Source of the DNA: Planctomycetota bacterium
GTDB taxonomy: Bacteria > Planctomycetota > UBA1135
DNA: 64,000 bases
Direction of reading: 5' to 3'
NCBI GenBank assembly: GCA_021776795.1
Contig: JAJFFC010000014.1
Location: 217,771 to 281,770 of the forward strand
A model generated the notes under the pieces. It saw nothing but the letters and a program-made list of their open reading frames with translations. It had not been told where the DNA came from and did not search any database. Each line of letters starts with the position of its first letter. The first letter of the stretch is position 1. A program made the position numbers and the translations under genes. Positions 32,184 through 41,895 of the stretch are shown one piece after another.

Positions 32184-35144
32184 ATGTCCCACGCCCATTC
32201 TCCATCTATGGTTCCGGCAAGTCTCTTTGTCGGCATATGCCTCACCGCCTTCGGTTGTCAGCAAACAGCAACCGAGCCTCATTCCGCTTCGAGTGACCTC
32301 AGCCAAGTGCAGGCCAATGTCTTCACGTCGAGCGGTCAAAGTCACTCATCGCTTGCCGTTTCCCGCGATGGCCAGGCTGCCGTGGTGTGGGATAGCAAGC
32401 GCCAAGAGCGCGGCAGCTTCGGCATTTATGCACGCCTGTTTGATCAAGCTGGTCAAGCCGCCAGTCACGAACTTCATGTCAATCAATACTTGCCGCAAGC
32501 GCAGTGGCTTCCTGCTGCTGCCTTTGATGGCCAAGGGCAACTGTGGATGGCGTGGGAATCGCAAACTCAAGATGGCAGCGGCACCGGATTGGTGGCGCGC
32601 ACTTTCCATGCCGATGGCACTCCCCTTGGCGCTGAAATGCCGGTCAACCTGGAGCGCCTCGGTGATCAATCCGAAGTGGTTCTGGCCGCGAACCAGAAAG
32701 GAATGTGGGCTGCATGGACCAGCCGCGACCCGGTAAAGTCCGGCATCGTGTTGCGCCTTCTTGCCGATGGCGCGGAAGAGCAGTTCTTTGCCTCCCCAGA
32801 GGGCTGTTACGATCGCCTGCCTAGCTTGACCGCGTTGGCGAATGGCGAGCTGGCTTTAGGCTGGACCCGCCAACAGCAAAGCGAACAACAAGAAGATAGT
32901 TTCCATCAGGTCATGCTGCAGCGCCTGAGTGCACAAGGGCAAACAGTTAGTGAGATGGTTGCACTTGCCGCCTCTGCAGGAACGGATCACCTGGAAGGCC
33001 AGCTCGTTAGTTTGGCCGACGGTGGCTTTGCTGCCACCTGGATGCGCCGCGCCCCTGGCGATGCGCAGTACCAAGTCATGCTCCAGCGCTTTGCCGCCAA
33101 CGGCGAAGCCCAAATATCGGCCATCGTCGTCGCCCAAGCACAGGAAAGCGAAACTTGGTTGAGTGGCGCGGCCATCGCCAGTGGCCCTGATGGCAAGCTT
33201 GCCGTGGCTTGGAACCAAGACGTGTCCGATGACAGTGTCCATGGTCGTCACAGCAGCGTGTTCGTGCAGCGCTTCAGCGCCACCGGCGCACCTCTAGGTA
33301 CTCGCGAAATTCTCGCTGATGAAGGCCTACTGAGTCAGCATTCGATGGCGCAACGCCTGGCCTGGACTGCAGACAATCGCATCCTTGCGGCCTTCGATGG
33401 TCGCGCCGGCCAAGACGGCCGCGATGCTTCTGCCGCCAACTTGGCTTTGGCTCTGCCCCAAGGCTTCCTTGCCCCACCCGCAAAAAACCTCGGCCCCGCG
33501 CAAACAGCCGTCAGCATTTCCGATGAGGACATGCTCGCCGCAAACCCGCCGATTTGGGATCCGAACTTCGTGCCGCAAGCACGTTTACCTCTATCCGCAC
33601 TGAGTGGCGGCGACTTCGGCTTTGAAGGCGTTCCTGGAACCGGTTGGACCCCACCCGACCCCGAGCTCGCCGTCGGCCCATCCGACCTCTTAGTCATGAC
33701 CAATGGCGAAATTTCCTCGTTGTCGAAGAGTGGCGTCGTGCGCTGGAGTGATGAAATCGAATCCAGCTTTGGCTTCTGGGGCTCGCTCGGCACCGGCGGT
33801 TTCGTGTTTGATCCCGAATGCAAGTGGGATCCTCACGCTCGTCGTTTCCACGCCATGGCCTGTGAGCGTACTGGTGGACGCAGTTACTTTCTGTACGCGA
33901 TTTCCAAAGACGACTCTCCGGACGACGTGAATGATTGGTGGAAATATCGCCTCGATGTCACCTCGATAGCCGGTGGGGACATTGACTCCCCCAACATGGC
34001 CGTCAACCAAGACAGTGTGCTGCTAACAGCAGACTTCTTCGGTCCAGACAAGTACCTAATCTACATCTTGGATAAGCCCTCCGTGATTAGCGGTGGCGCA
34101 CCCACGATTACCTCGGAATTGATTACTGGCGCCAGCCAGCAGTCGATGGGTGTTCCAGTCGTTTTCGATGCCGACCCCAACCTGTACATCTTGCAGTCGA
34201 CCGAGAATGCGTCGAACAACACGGCGATTCTGCACGCCATTCAAACTCCGTTTACTTCCTACAACCGGACGACCACCACGGTTTCGCTGCCGACCTACAC
34301 CTACCCAAACCAGCCTCCACAAAAGGGTTCCAGCTCGCGCCCCTTCTTGTTCGAGCCTCGATTCTGGAGTGTCGCCCAGCGCAATGGCTCGATTTGGGCG
34401 GTGCACCACGTCAACAGCAGCCGCGCACGCGTGCGTTGGTACGAAATTGAGCTCAACAGCTGGCCCGCAGCCGGTTCGCCAAGCTTGCGCCAGGATGGCG
34501 AGATTGATCTAGGCAGTGGCATTCACACCTTCTTCCCCAGCATTCATGTCGATGCCAACGACAACGTCGCCATTAGCTACGCTCGTTCAGCCTCCAACGA
34601 ATACATTTCGATGAGCCGCTCGACGCGTGCCGGAACTGATCCGCTCAACACCATGCGCCCGACGCAGGTGGTGCGCACTTCGGACAACGCCCACACTTCT
34701 GGGCGTTGGGGTGATTACTCCGGCACCCAAGCGGAAGCAGATATCCCTGGCGTGTTCTGGGGCCACCACGAGTTCACCTCGGGAAGCACCAGCTCCTGGC
34801 GCACCTGGGTTGCGCGTTATGACATCCGTCCTAGCGCTTTCACTCTAAGTGCACCAATCCTGACCAGTGGCGTGCCCAGCACGATCTCGGTCGCGGGAGC
34901 CACCCCAGGCGCCACGGTGTACTTCGCCTACAGCACCGCGGGTACTGGTTTGTCCCCCGCCGGTGGCCTTGGTGTCCTCAGCTTGGAGAGTCCAAACCTA
35001 GCCGCAGTCCTCACCGCAAGCGGTGCTGGCACAGCATCGTTGTCACCAACCATTCCGGGCTCCTTTGCGGGAACCACGGTTTGGCTGCAGGCGATGGAAG
35101 ATTCGGGCGCGACTACGAACTGGGTCGAGCGAATTATCCTTTGA
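32184..35144 (+). CDS. Large secreted (lipo)protein: N-terminal propeller-like repeats, a PPD...RWGDY domain and a C-terminal beta domain
   Basis: LTAFGC lipobox; repeats such as AWESQTQDGSGTGLVARTF; TPPDPELAVGP...FDPECKWD...GRWGDYS; start 32184 or 32208. Confidence 0.8.
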   Translation: MSHAHSPSMVPASLFVGICLTAFGCQQTATEPHSASSDLSQVQANVFTSSGQSHSSLAVSRDGQAAVVWDSKRQERGSFGIYARLFDQAGQAASHELHVNQYLPQAQWLPAAAFDGQGQLWMAWESQTQDGSGTGLVARTFHADGTPLGAEMPVNLERLGDQSEVVLAANQKGMWAAWTSRDPVKSGIVLRLLADGAEEQFFASPEGCYDRLPSLTALANGELALGWTRQQQSEQQEDSFHQVMLQRLSAQGQTVSEMVALAASAGTDHLEGQLVSLADGGFAATWMRRAPGDAQYQVMLQRFAANGEAQISAIVVAQAQESETWLSGAAIASGPDGKLAVAWNQDVSDDSVHGRHSSVFVQRFSATGAPLGTREILADEGLLSQHSMAQRLAWTADNRILAAFDGRAGQDGRDASAANLALALPQGFLAPPAKNLGPAQTAVSISDEDMLAANPPIWDPNFVPQARLPLSALSGGDFGFEGVPGTGWTPPDPELAVGPSDLLVMTNGEISSLSKSGVVRWSDEIESSFGFWGSLGTGGFVFDPECKWDPHARRFHAMACERTGGRSYFLYAISKDDSPDDVNDWWKYRLDVTSIAGGDIDSPNMAVNQDSVLLTADFFGPDKYLIYILDKPSVISGGAPTITSELITGASQQSMGVPVVFDADPNLYILQSTENASNNTAILHAIQTPFTSYNRTTTTVSLPTYTYPNQPPQKGSSSRPFLFEPRFWSVAQRNGSIWAVHHVNSSRARVRWYEIELNSWPAAGSPSLRQDGEIDLGSGIHTFFPSIHVDANDNVAISYARSASNEYISMSRSTRAGTDPLNTMRPTQVVRTSDNAHTSGRWGDYSGTQAEADIPGVFWGHHEFTSGSTSSWRTWVARYDIRPSAFTLSAPILTSGVPSTISVAGATPGATVYFAYSTAGTGLSPAGGLGVLSLESPNLAAVLTASGAGTASLSPTIPGSFAGTTVWLQAMEDSGATTNWVERIIL

Positions 35145-35167
35145 ATCTGGCCTGCTTCCCTGGGCAC
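35143..35167 (+). repeat. Left terminal inverted repeat of the IS-like element
   Basis: 21/25 match to the reverse complement of 36251-36275. Confidence 0.7.
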
Positions 35168-35246
35168 GATTTTGAAACCTTTTGTGCCCAACCACAATGT
35201 TTCTCGTCATCATTCTTGGCCGGCTACTCCGATTCGGCCAGGAAAG

Positions 35247-36251
35247 ATGAAGTTCGAGCCACATTGTTGTCCCCATACCGCCTGCCCATCTCAGGCAGGC
35301 GGTATCTTCCGTTTTCAACGTAAAGGCCACTATCGCCGCAAGTGTGACGGTCGCAAGATTCCGCGATTTCTCTGCACGATTTGCCAAAAGCAGTTCTCGA
35401 GCCAAACTTTTAGATTCACCTATGGGTATCGGCGACCAAATCTCCGACTTCGTTTATTTCACCTAATGACCGCTAAGGTCACCATGCGTCAAGCCGCAAG
35501 AATCCTTGGCTGCAGCCGCGATACCGTCGCGAGGCTCCACAAAAAAATGGGGCACATTTGTCGCGAATACCACCAGATCCATCTCCAGGCCAACCGCGGA
35601 AAGCTCTCTGGCAGCTTTCAGCTCGACGAGCTCGAAACCTTCGAAACCCATCGGCTGGTGCGTCCGGTCACGGTGCCGGTGTTAATCGAGAAACACAGTT
35701 ATTATGTGATTCATACAGAAACTGCACCGATGGCCCCCCGCGGCCGACTCCACCCTGCCGCTAAACGCAAGAAAGAGGCCGATGCAGCACTTCACGGGAA
35801 GCGCCGCTGCGGTTCGCGCAAGGCCGTCATGCGCACCTTCAATCTCCTGCGCGAGTTGCTTTCCAATGACCAGCTGCTCGATATCCAAACTGATCGAAAA
35901 TCGACCTATCGCAGCTTGATTCACCTCATCTTCTCCGATTGCCTAGGAAGCCATATCCGAGAATCTTCGCGCCGGCGTCGGGACTACCACAATATATTGT
36001 TCCCAATCAACCATACCCTAGCGATGATGCGAGACGGCATCTCACGCCTGGTCAGGCGCTCCTGGGGCGTTTGCAAGCGCCGCCAGCGGCTAGACGATCA
36101 CTTAGCAATTTGGATGGCCTATCGAAATTATGTCCGTGGGATTACCGTCGCCGCTCCCCACGTCACACCAGCTATGGCTCTGGGCATTGTTAGCAAGCCG
36201 GCAGACGAACGAGAAATTTTGGCATGGCGGTGGCCCGCCCGGATGCAATAG
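35247..36251 (+). CDS. IS1-family-like transposase (zinc ribbon, HTH and DD[E/N] domain)
   Basis: CPHTAC...RFLCTICQKQFS zinc ribbon; MRQAARILGCSRDTV HTH; FQLDELETFE, IQTDRKSTY and INHTLAMMRDGISRLVRRSW..K (IS1 C-terminal pattern); ATG 35247 preceded by AGGAAAG. Confidence 0.85.
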   Translation: MKFEPHCCPHTACPSQAGGIFRFQRKGHYRRKCDGRKIPRFLCTICQKQFSSQTFRFTYGYRRPNLRLRLFHLMTAKVTMRQAARILGCSRDTVARLHKKMGHICREYHQIHLQANRGKLSGSFQLDELETFETHRLVRPVTVPVLIEKHSYYVIHTETAPMAPRGRLHPAAKRKKEADAALHGKRRCGSRKAVMRTFNLLRELLSNDQLLDIQTDRKSTYRSLIHLIFSDCLGSHIRESSRRRRDYHNILFPINHTLAMMRDGISRLVRRSWGVCKRRQRLDDHLAIWMAYRNYVRGITVAAPHVTPAMALGIVSKPADEREILAWRWPARMQ

Positions 36252-36276
36252 CGCCCACGGAACCAGGCCAGGTTCC
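36251..36276 (-). repeat. Right terminal inverted repeat, containing the hairpin GGAACC-AGGCCA-GGTTCC
   Basis: Self-complementary 6-bp arms at 36259-36264 and 36271-36276, followed by TTTA. Confidence 0.7.
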
Positions 36277-36277
36277 T

Positions 36278-38803
36278 TTATGCCACGACGAAGTTGACGA
36301 GTCGACCTGGAACCACCACCACTTTGCGGATGGTGCCTTCCAGGTGCTCGGCGACGGCATCTCTGGCGGCGCCCTCGATGGTGTCGCGATCGGCATCGGC
36401 AGCAACCTGCGCTTTTCCGCGCAGTTTGCCGTTGACTTGCACCGGGATTTCTACGGTCGAGGCCTTGAGCCAAGCTTCGTCGTAGGCTGGCCACGGAGTA
36501 TCGGCGAGAGCACCCACTCCTTGGCTTTGCGCCCACAACTCTTCGGCCAAGTGCGGCGCGAAGGGCTCGAGCAAGATGCAGAAGGCTTGGGCATGAGCCG
36601 TGGTTAGGCCAACTTCGCTCTTGGTGCAGGCATTGACAAACTCCATCATCGCGGCAATCGCGGTGTTGTAGTTCATCTGCTCAAGGTCTTCACCGACCTT
36701 CTTGATCGCACGATGCAAGGCCCGGGTGACTTCTTCCGGAGCCTCTGTCACGGCCTCGCGATCGAACAAGCGCCACACTCGCTGCAAGAAGCGGTGCACA
36801 CCCGGCAAGTCGCGCGGATTCCAGGGCGCACTGGCAGTCACCGGCCCCATGAAGGCTTCATACAAACGCATGGTGTCGGCGCCGTACTCCTGAATCACGT
36901 CATCGGGATTGATCACGTTCTTCAATGACTTCGACATCTTGGCAACGAGGCGCTCGACCTTATCACCGGTCGCTTGGCGCTGATATTCGCCTTCCTGCGT
37001 CTCTTCGACTTCATCAATCGGCACTAGGGCGCCGCGCTCATCCTTGAAGGCGTAGCTTTGCACCATGCCTTGATTGACCAAGGACTGGAAGGGCTCCGGC
37101 GTAGACACCAAGCCGGCATCGAACAGAACCTTGTGCCAGAAACGCGCGTAGAGCAAGTGCAATACCGCATGCTCGGCGCCGCCGACGTAAAGGTCGACCG
37201 GCATCCAGTATTTCTCAATTTCAGGATCCCAGGCAGCTTGATCGTTGTGGGGATCCATGAAACGCAGGTAGTACCAGCAAGAGCCAGCCCACTGCGGCAT
37301 GGAATTGGTCTCCCGCCGCCAAACTTTGCCATCGGCGTCGACGACCTTCACCCAATCTTCGGCGCGCGCCAAAGGCGGATCGCCGGAAGCGGTTGGCGTG
37401 AAGTCTTCTAACTCGGGCAAGGTGACCGGCAAGTCGCCATCGGCAACGGTCTTGCGTTCACCGGTGTCTTCACCGGCAGCATTGAGTTCATGCAACACCG
37501 GGAAGGGTTCACCCCAATAGCGCTGGCGGCTAAACAACCAATCACGCAAGCGGTAGTTGACCTTGCCGGTGCCGAGTTTTTGCTCTTCCAAGAAGGACAC
37601 CATCTTGGGTACGGCCTGTTCTTGACTCAACCCGTTCAAGAAATCGGAGTTGCATAGCGTTCCGTCTTCTTCCAGCACCTGTGGCACCGACAAGCCATAG
37701 GCCTCGGCAAACTCGCGGTCGCGCTCGTCGCCATCGGGCACACACATGATCGCGCCGGTGCCGTAACTCATGAGCACATAATCCGCAATCCACACTGGAA
37801 TCAAGCGCCGCGGATCGCCCTCGGCAAAGGCCGGATTCAACGCGTAGCTGCCGGTAAAGACGCCGGTCTTTTCTTTCTGTAGCTCGGCACGCTCTAACTC
37901 GGACTTGCGCGCAGCCTGTTCTTGATAAGCAGCCACGGCGTCAACATGCTCAGGCGTGGTCAACTCGGCCACCAAGGGGTGCTCAGGCGACAACACGCAA
38001 AAACTCGCGCCAAACAGAGTGTCGGGGCGGGTGGTAAAGACGGTGAAGTCGCTGCCCAATGCCTCGCCAGAGACACTCGCGGTAGCAAAGCTAATCTCCG
38101 CACCCACTGAGCGGCCAATCCATTCGCGCTGCATAGCTTTGACCGACTCTGGCCAATCCAAACCTTCTAGGTCATCGAGCAAGCGGTCGGCGTATTCGGT
38201 AATCCGCAGCATCCATTGCCGTAGCGGCTTGCGCACACAAGGATGGCTACCACGCTCGGACATGCCATCGATCACTTCTTCGTTGGCCAACACCGTGCCC
38301 AAAGCTTCACACCACCACACCGGAACCTCGGCCTGGTAGGCCAAACCGCGCTCAAACAAGCGGTTGAAGATCCACTGCGTCCAGCGGTAGTAGTTGGGGT
38401 CGGTAGTGTTGACTTCGCGCGCCCAGTCGTAGCTGAAGCCGAGCGCCTGCAGCTGACGGCGAAACTGGTCGACGTTCTTCGCCGTAGTTTTTGCCGGGTG
38501 CGTGCCAGTTTGGATCGCATACTGCTCGGCGGGAAGACCAAAGGCATCCCAGCCCATCGGGTGCAGCACATTAAAGCCACGGTGGCGCTTGTAGCGCGCC
38601 GTGATGTCGGTTGCGGTGTAGCCCTTGGGGTGCCCTACATGCAGGCCCGCGCCCGAGGGATAAGGGAACATATCCAGCACGTAGTACTTCGGCTTAGATG
38701 GATCGAAACCCTCTTCTCCAGGGCCCAAGCAGCGGAAGCTCTGTTGCTCCATCCAGAAGGCCTGCCAGCGGGCCTCGATGGCGGTGAAATCGTAGGTAGA
38801 CAT
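36278..38803 (-). CDS. leuS: Leucine--tRNA ligase
   Basis: [49 protein letters not shown] and [10 protein letters not shown]; start ATG 38803, or TTG 38845 which lies 7 nt after TAGAAT. Confidence 0.98.
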   Translation of the reverse strand: MSTYDFTAIEARWQAFWMEQQSFRCLGPGEEGFDPSKPKYYVLDMFPYPSGAGLHVGHPKGYTATDITARYKRHRGFNVLHPMGWDAFGLPAEQYAIQTGTHPAKTTAKNVDQFRRQLQALGFSYDWAREVNTTDPNYYRWTQWIFNRLFERGLAYQAEVPVWWCEALGTVLANEEVIDGMSERGSHPCVRKPLRQWMLRITEYADRLLDDLEGLDWPESVKAMQREWIGRSVGAEISFATASVSGEALGSDFTVFTTRPDTLFGASFCVLSPEHPLVAELTTPEHVDAVAAYQEQAARKSELERAELQKEKTGVFTGSYALNPAFAEGDPRRLIPVWIADYVLMSYGTGAIMCVPDGDERDREFAEAYGLSVPQVLEEDGTLCNSDFLNGLSQEQAVPKMVSFLEEQKLGTGKVNYRLRDWLFSRQRYWGEPFPVLHELNAAGEDTGERKTVADGDLPVTLPELEDFTPTASGDPPLARAEDWVKVVDADGKVWRRETNSMPQWAGSCWYYLRFMDPHNDQAAWDPEIEKYWMPVDLYVGGAEHAVLHLLYARFWHKVLFDAGLVSTPEPFQSLVNQGMVQSYAFKDERGALVPIDEVEETQEGEYQRQATGDKVERLVAKMSKSLKNVINPDDVIQEYGADTMRLYEAFMGPVTASAPWNPRDLPGVHRFLQRVWRLFDREAVTEAPEEVTRALHRAIKKVGEDLEQMNYNTAIAAMMEFVNACTKSEVGLTTAHAQAFCILLEPFAPHLAEELWAQSQGVGALADTPWPAYDEAWLKASTVEIPVQVNGKLRGKAQVAADADRDTIEGAARDAVAEHLEGTIRKVVVVPGRLVNFVVA

Positions 38804-38896
38804 CGTGCGTGGTTGCTCCGGCCCGGGGTCTCCAGGCGGCGTCAAGCCCCAGATTCTAACGAGGCCCCTCTCACCGCCCCTATTCCAGATTTTCTG

Positions 38897-38925
38897 TTGG
38901 ACGAAGTGGCAGGCGCCGCTACACT
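38897..38925 (+). promoter_or_regulatory. Sigma70-type promoter for the tRNA-Ala-lysS operon
   Basis: TTGGAC-N17-TACACT ending 22 nt upstream of the tRNA 5' end. Confidence 0.65.
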
Positions 38926-38947
38926 TTGCGGCCCAAACGGATCGTGT

Positions 38948-39023
38948 GGGGCTATAGCTCAGCTGGGAGAGCGTCGCACTGGCAGTGCGAAGGTCAGGGG
39001 TTCAAATCCCCTTAGCTCCACCA
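38948..39023 (+). tRNA. tRNA-Ala (GGC)
   Basis: 76-nt cloverleaf GGGGCTA...TAGCTCC-A-CCA with G3:U70, anticodon arm TCGCA-CTGGCAG-TGCGA, TTCAAAT T-loop and encoded CCA. Confidence 0.97.
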
Positions 39024-39042
39024 TCCGATCCGCGCGCTGCCG

Positions 39043-40542
39043 ATGGCCGATTTCTTCCATCCCGACCGGCTGCAAAAGCTCGAAGAGCTGCGCACCGCTG
39101 GTACAGATGCCTACCCAGCTCAAGTCCCGTATCCCGGGCGCGAACTGGCGGCTACTCTTCTCGCACAGGCCGAGGAGCTCCAAGGTCAACAAGTGGTTCT
39201 GTGCGGCCGCGTTTTAGGCCGCCGTGGTTACGGCAAACTGGCGTTCCTAGACGTGCATGACCAGTCCGGGCGCATTCAGGTCTGCCTGCAGAAGGACAAG
39301 CTGTCGGAAGAAGACTTCGCGCGCCTCAAGCAGCTGAACCTCGGCGATGTGATTGCCGTACAGGGCGAAATGTCCAAGACCAAGGTCGGCGAAGACACGG
39401 TCTTTGGTACTGGCTGGACCATGCTCACCAAAGCGCTGGAGAACCCTCCTTCAGACAAGACCCAAGGCTTGACCGATGGCGAGCTGCGTGCACGCCGCCG
39501 CTATGTCGATCTCTTCGTCAACGAAGATGTTCGCGACGCCTACCTCCGCCGCGGCAAGATCATCCAGGCCATGCGCGAGGTCTTTCTCCAGCATGACTAC
39601 GCCGAAGTCGACACCCCGGTGTTGCACCCGATTTATGGCGGCGCCAACGCGCGGCCATTCTCCACCCACCACAACGCCCTCGATATGGAACTGTTCCTGC
39701 GCATTGCGCCGGAGCTTTACCTGAAGCGTTTGTTGGTCGGCGGCATGGAACGGGTGTTTGAGTTTGCACGCGTGTTCCGCAATGAAGGCGTATCTATGCG
39801 TCACAACCCGGAATTCACCATGGTGGAGTTTTATCAGGCCTACACCGACGTCGAAGGCATGATGACTCTCACCGAAGAGTTGGTGCTGGCCGCTGCCGAA
39901 GCGGCCGAACTGCCGCTGGAAGAAGGTGCAACCACGCCAACCCGCCTCGCCACTTTCCGCGGCGAGACCTTCCGCCTCGGCGCCCCCTTCGAGCGCCTGC
40001 GCTACGCCGATACCTTCCGCGAACACGTCGGCTGCGACCCGCAAGATCGCGAAGCCATTCTCGCCAAGCTTCAAGAGCAAGGCATAGATGCCCCCGGCGA
40101 AGGCGACTACAACTACTGGAAGGCCGTCAACGCTCTATTCGAAGAGCATGTCGAACCAACCTTGCGCGGCCCGGTCTTCGTCTATGACTACCCCGCCGCG
40201 ATTTGCCCGCTGGCCAAGCCACTCGCCAACGACCCGACTTGGGCCGGCCGCTTTGAATTCTTCCTCGGCGGCATGGAATTGGCCAACGCCTTTAGCGAGT
40301 TGAATGACCCGCAGCTGCAGCTCGAAAAGTTCGAAGAGCAGGTACAGGACATCGACCCCGAGGCGCCAAACCAGGTCGACATGGACTACGTCCGTGCTCT
40401 GGCCTATGGCCTGCCACCTGCAGGTGGCTGTGGCATCGGCATCGACCGTCTAGTCATGGTCCTTTTGGGCGTCGATTCCATCCGCGACGTGCTGCTGTTC
40501 CCGCATATGCGGCCGGAGACGGAAGGCCCCGCGCAAGCGTAG
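39043..40542 (+). CDS. lysS: Lysine--tRNA ligase (class II)
   Basis: OB fold GKLAFLDVHDQSGRIQ, RRYVDL, GGANARPF, LRIAPELYLKRL, FRNEG..HNPEFT, ELANAFSELNDP and GLPPAGGCGIGIDRL. Confidence 0.98.
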   Translation: MADFFHPDRLQKLEELRTAGTDAYPAQVPYPGRELAATLLAQAEELQGQQVVLCGRVLGRRGYGKLAFLDVHDQSGRIQVCLQKDKLSEEDFARLKQLNLGDVIAVQGEMSKTKVGEDTVFGTGWTMLTKALENPPSDKTQGLTDGELRARRRYVDLFVNEDVRDAYLRRGKIIQAMREVFLQHDYAEVDTPVLHPIYGGANARPFSTHHNALDMELFLRIAPELYLKRLLVGGMERVFEFARVFRNEGVSMRHNPEFTMVEFYQAYTDVEGMMTLTEELVLAAAEAAELPLEEGATTPTRLATFRGETFRLGAPFERLRYADTFREHVGCDPQDREAILAKLQEQGIDAPGEGDYNYWKAVNALFEEHVEPTLRGPVFVYDYPAAICPLAKPLANDPTWAGRFEFFLGGMELANAFSELNDPQLQLEKFEEQVQDIDPEAPNQVDMDYVRALAYGLPPAGGCGIGIDRLVMVLLGVDSIRDVLLFPHMRPETEGPAQA

Positions 40543-40551
40543 ACTGCACGC

Positions 40552-41895
40552 GTGCTGCGGCTCGCCCTTTCCTACCTGTTCCGAAGACCGGTCCAGTTGT
40601 TGGCGGTACTCGGCGTGGGCATTGGCTTATTAGCTCTGCTCGCCGTTTTGGCGGTCATGAATGGGCTGATTGAAATGAACCGCACCGCGGTACGCGGGCC
40701 GATGAGCGACCTGTTTTTGATCCCGGCCGCAAGCACGGAACTACCGAGTTATGAGCCCTACCGCCTGGCGCTCGAAGGCCTTGCCGAAGTGGAAGCAGTG
40801 GCCCCGCACTTGGTCGCCTTTGCGCTGTTCGATTTCCCCGACTATGTGGTCGATCTGAGTGACCCCAGTTATGCCGATCTGCGTGGCATTGAACTGATTG
40901 GCATCGACCTGGAAGCCGAAGCAAAAGTTACCGGCTTCCATGAGCTCTTGGCCACGGCCGAAAAGAAGCCTGCGGCCGATCTCGACAAGCCCTTCACGGT
41001 CAAGGGGCAAGTCTTCCCGCGGCCGGGTGTGCTGGTGCCCGACGACTTTGCCGCGCGCATGCCGCCACCACCCAAAGATGGCGTCGTGCGTTTGAGTTTC
41101 GCCACGCTGCCTGCGGTTCTTCCTGCGGCGGGCGAAGATCTCATGCCCCACAATGCCGAGGTCCATGTGGCTGCGAGCTATCGCGGCGGCGATTTTCGTA
41201 GTCGCCTCGACCGTGTGTACATGGAGCGCACCGGTCGCAATGGCATGCGCTACAACCTACTGGGCTCCAAGTCGGCAGACTTCACCGAGATCCTGATCAA
41301 GCTGACTCCCGGCGTCGATTTTGCCACAGGAAAAGAAGCCATCCTGGCGGGTTTGCGCCAAGCCGGTATTACCCCACCTGGCGGCGCTGCTGGAGGCGCA
41401 CTGGAAACTTGGGAAGAGCGTAGTGCCACCTTCCTCTCTGCCATTGAAAATGAACGACGCATGGTTGCTTTAGTGTTGTTCTTCATCATCATTGTGGCTG
41501 GCTTTGGCTTGTTTGCCACCCTCTCCGCGTTGGTGCGCGAAAAAGTACGCGACTTAGGCGTGTTGGCCGCCATTGGTTACAGCCCCCTGCAACGAGGCCT
41601 ACTTGTCTTTCTCACCGGCGCAGTGGCCACAGCTCTGGGCGCAGGCCTCGGTTTGTTTGGCGCATGGCAGCTCTACCTTGGCCGCGCTGGTGTGGCCACG
41701 TGGCTCGAAGAGAGCTTCGGCATTGTGGTGTTCCGTTCCGACCTCTACGTCGTCGAGGGCTTGCCCGCGCAATGGGATCCGCAACAGGCCATCACCCTGA
41801 CCGCGCTGACCTTCTTGCTCGGTTTGTTCTTCACTGCCGCGCCGGCCATCCGCGCAGCCCTGCTCTCCCCGGTTAAGGCCTTACGTTATGAGTGA
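40552..41895 (+). CDS. LolC/E (FtsX-like) ABC transporter permease
   Basis: N-terminal TM with AVMNG, periplasmic domain, VREKVRDLGVLAAIG and C-terminal PAIRAA.LSPVKALRYE. Confidence 0.88.
   Translation: MLRLALSYLFRRPVQLLAVLGVGIGLLALLAVLAVMNGLIEMNRTAVRGPMSDLFLIPAASTELPSYEPYRLALEGLAEVEAVAPHLVAFALFDFPDYVVDLSDPSYADLRGIELIGIDLEAEAKVTGFHELLATAEKKPAADLDKPFTVKGQVFPRPGVLVPDDFAARMPPPPKDGVVRLSFATLPAVLPAAGEDLMPHNAEVHVAASYRGGDFRSRLDRVYMERTGRNGMRYNLLGSKSADFTEILIKLTPGVDFATGKEAILAGLRQAGITPPGGAAGGALETWEERSATFLSAIENERRMVALVLFFIIIVAGFGLFATLSALVREKVRDLGVLAAIGYSPLQRGLLVFLTGAVATALGAGLGLFGAWQLYLGRAGVATWLEESFGIVVFRSDLYVVEGLPAQWDPQQAITLTALTFLLGLFFTAAPAIRAALLSPVKALRYE

Larger units (their letters stand above)
35143..36275. 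mobile_element. IS1-like insertion sequence (~1.13 kb) with 25-bp imperfect terminal inverted repeats
   Basis: Left GAATCTGGCCTGCTTCCCTGGGCAC (35143-35167) versus reverse complement of right GAACCTGGCCTGGTTCCGTGGGCGC (36251-36275): 21/25 identical; encloses a transposase ORF. Confidence 0.7.

Noticed and set aside
35161-35177. Sigma54-like GGCACG element upstream of the transposase
   Set aside because: No GC at the -12 position (GG-N10-GC is not satisfied)
35139-36279. CTTT on both sides of the IS-like element (35139-35142 and 36276-36279) as a target-site duplication
   Set aside because: Only 4 bp, and the reconstructed empty site would delete the stop codon of the upstream gene and run it about 70 codons into leuS antisense; probably chance or wrongly placed ends
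38948-39042. tRNA-Ala as an integration site
   Set aside because: No integrase and no duplicated tRNA 3' end was seen; lysS follows after only 19 nt
38243-39217. Long alternative ORFs (e.g. 38243-39217 +, 2045-2968 -, 28166-29113 +, 16138-16986 +)
   Set aside because: Antisense shadows of well-supported genes (one also spans the tRNA), typical of GC-rich DNA; no recognisable motifs
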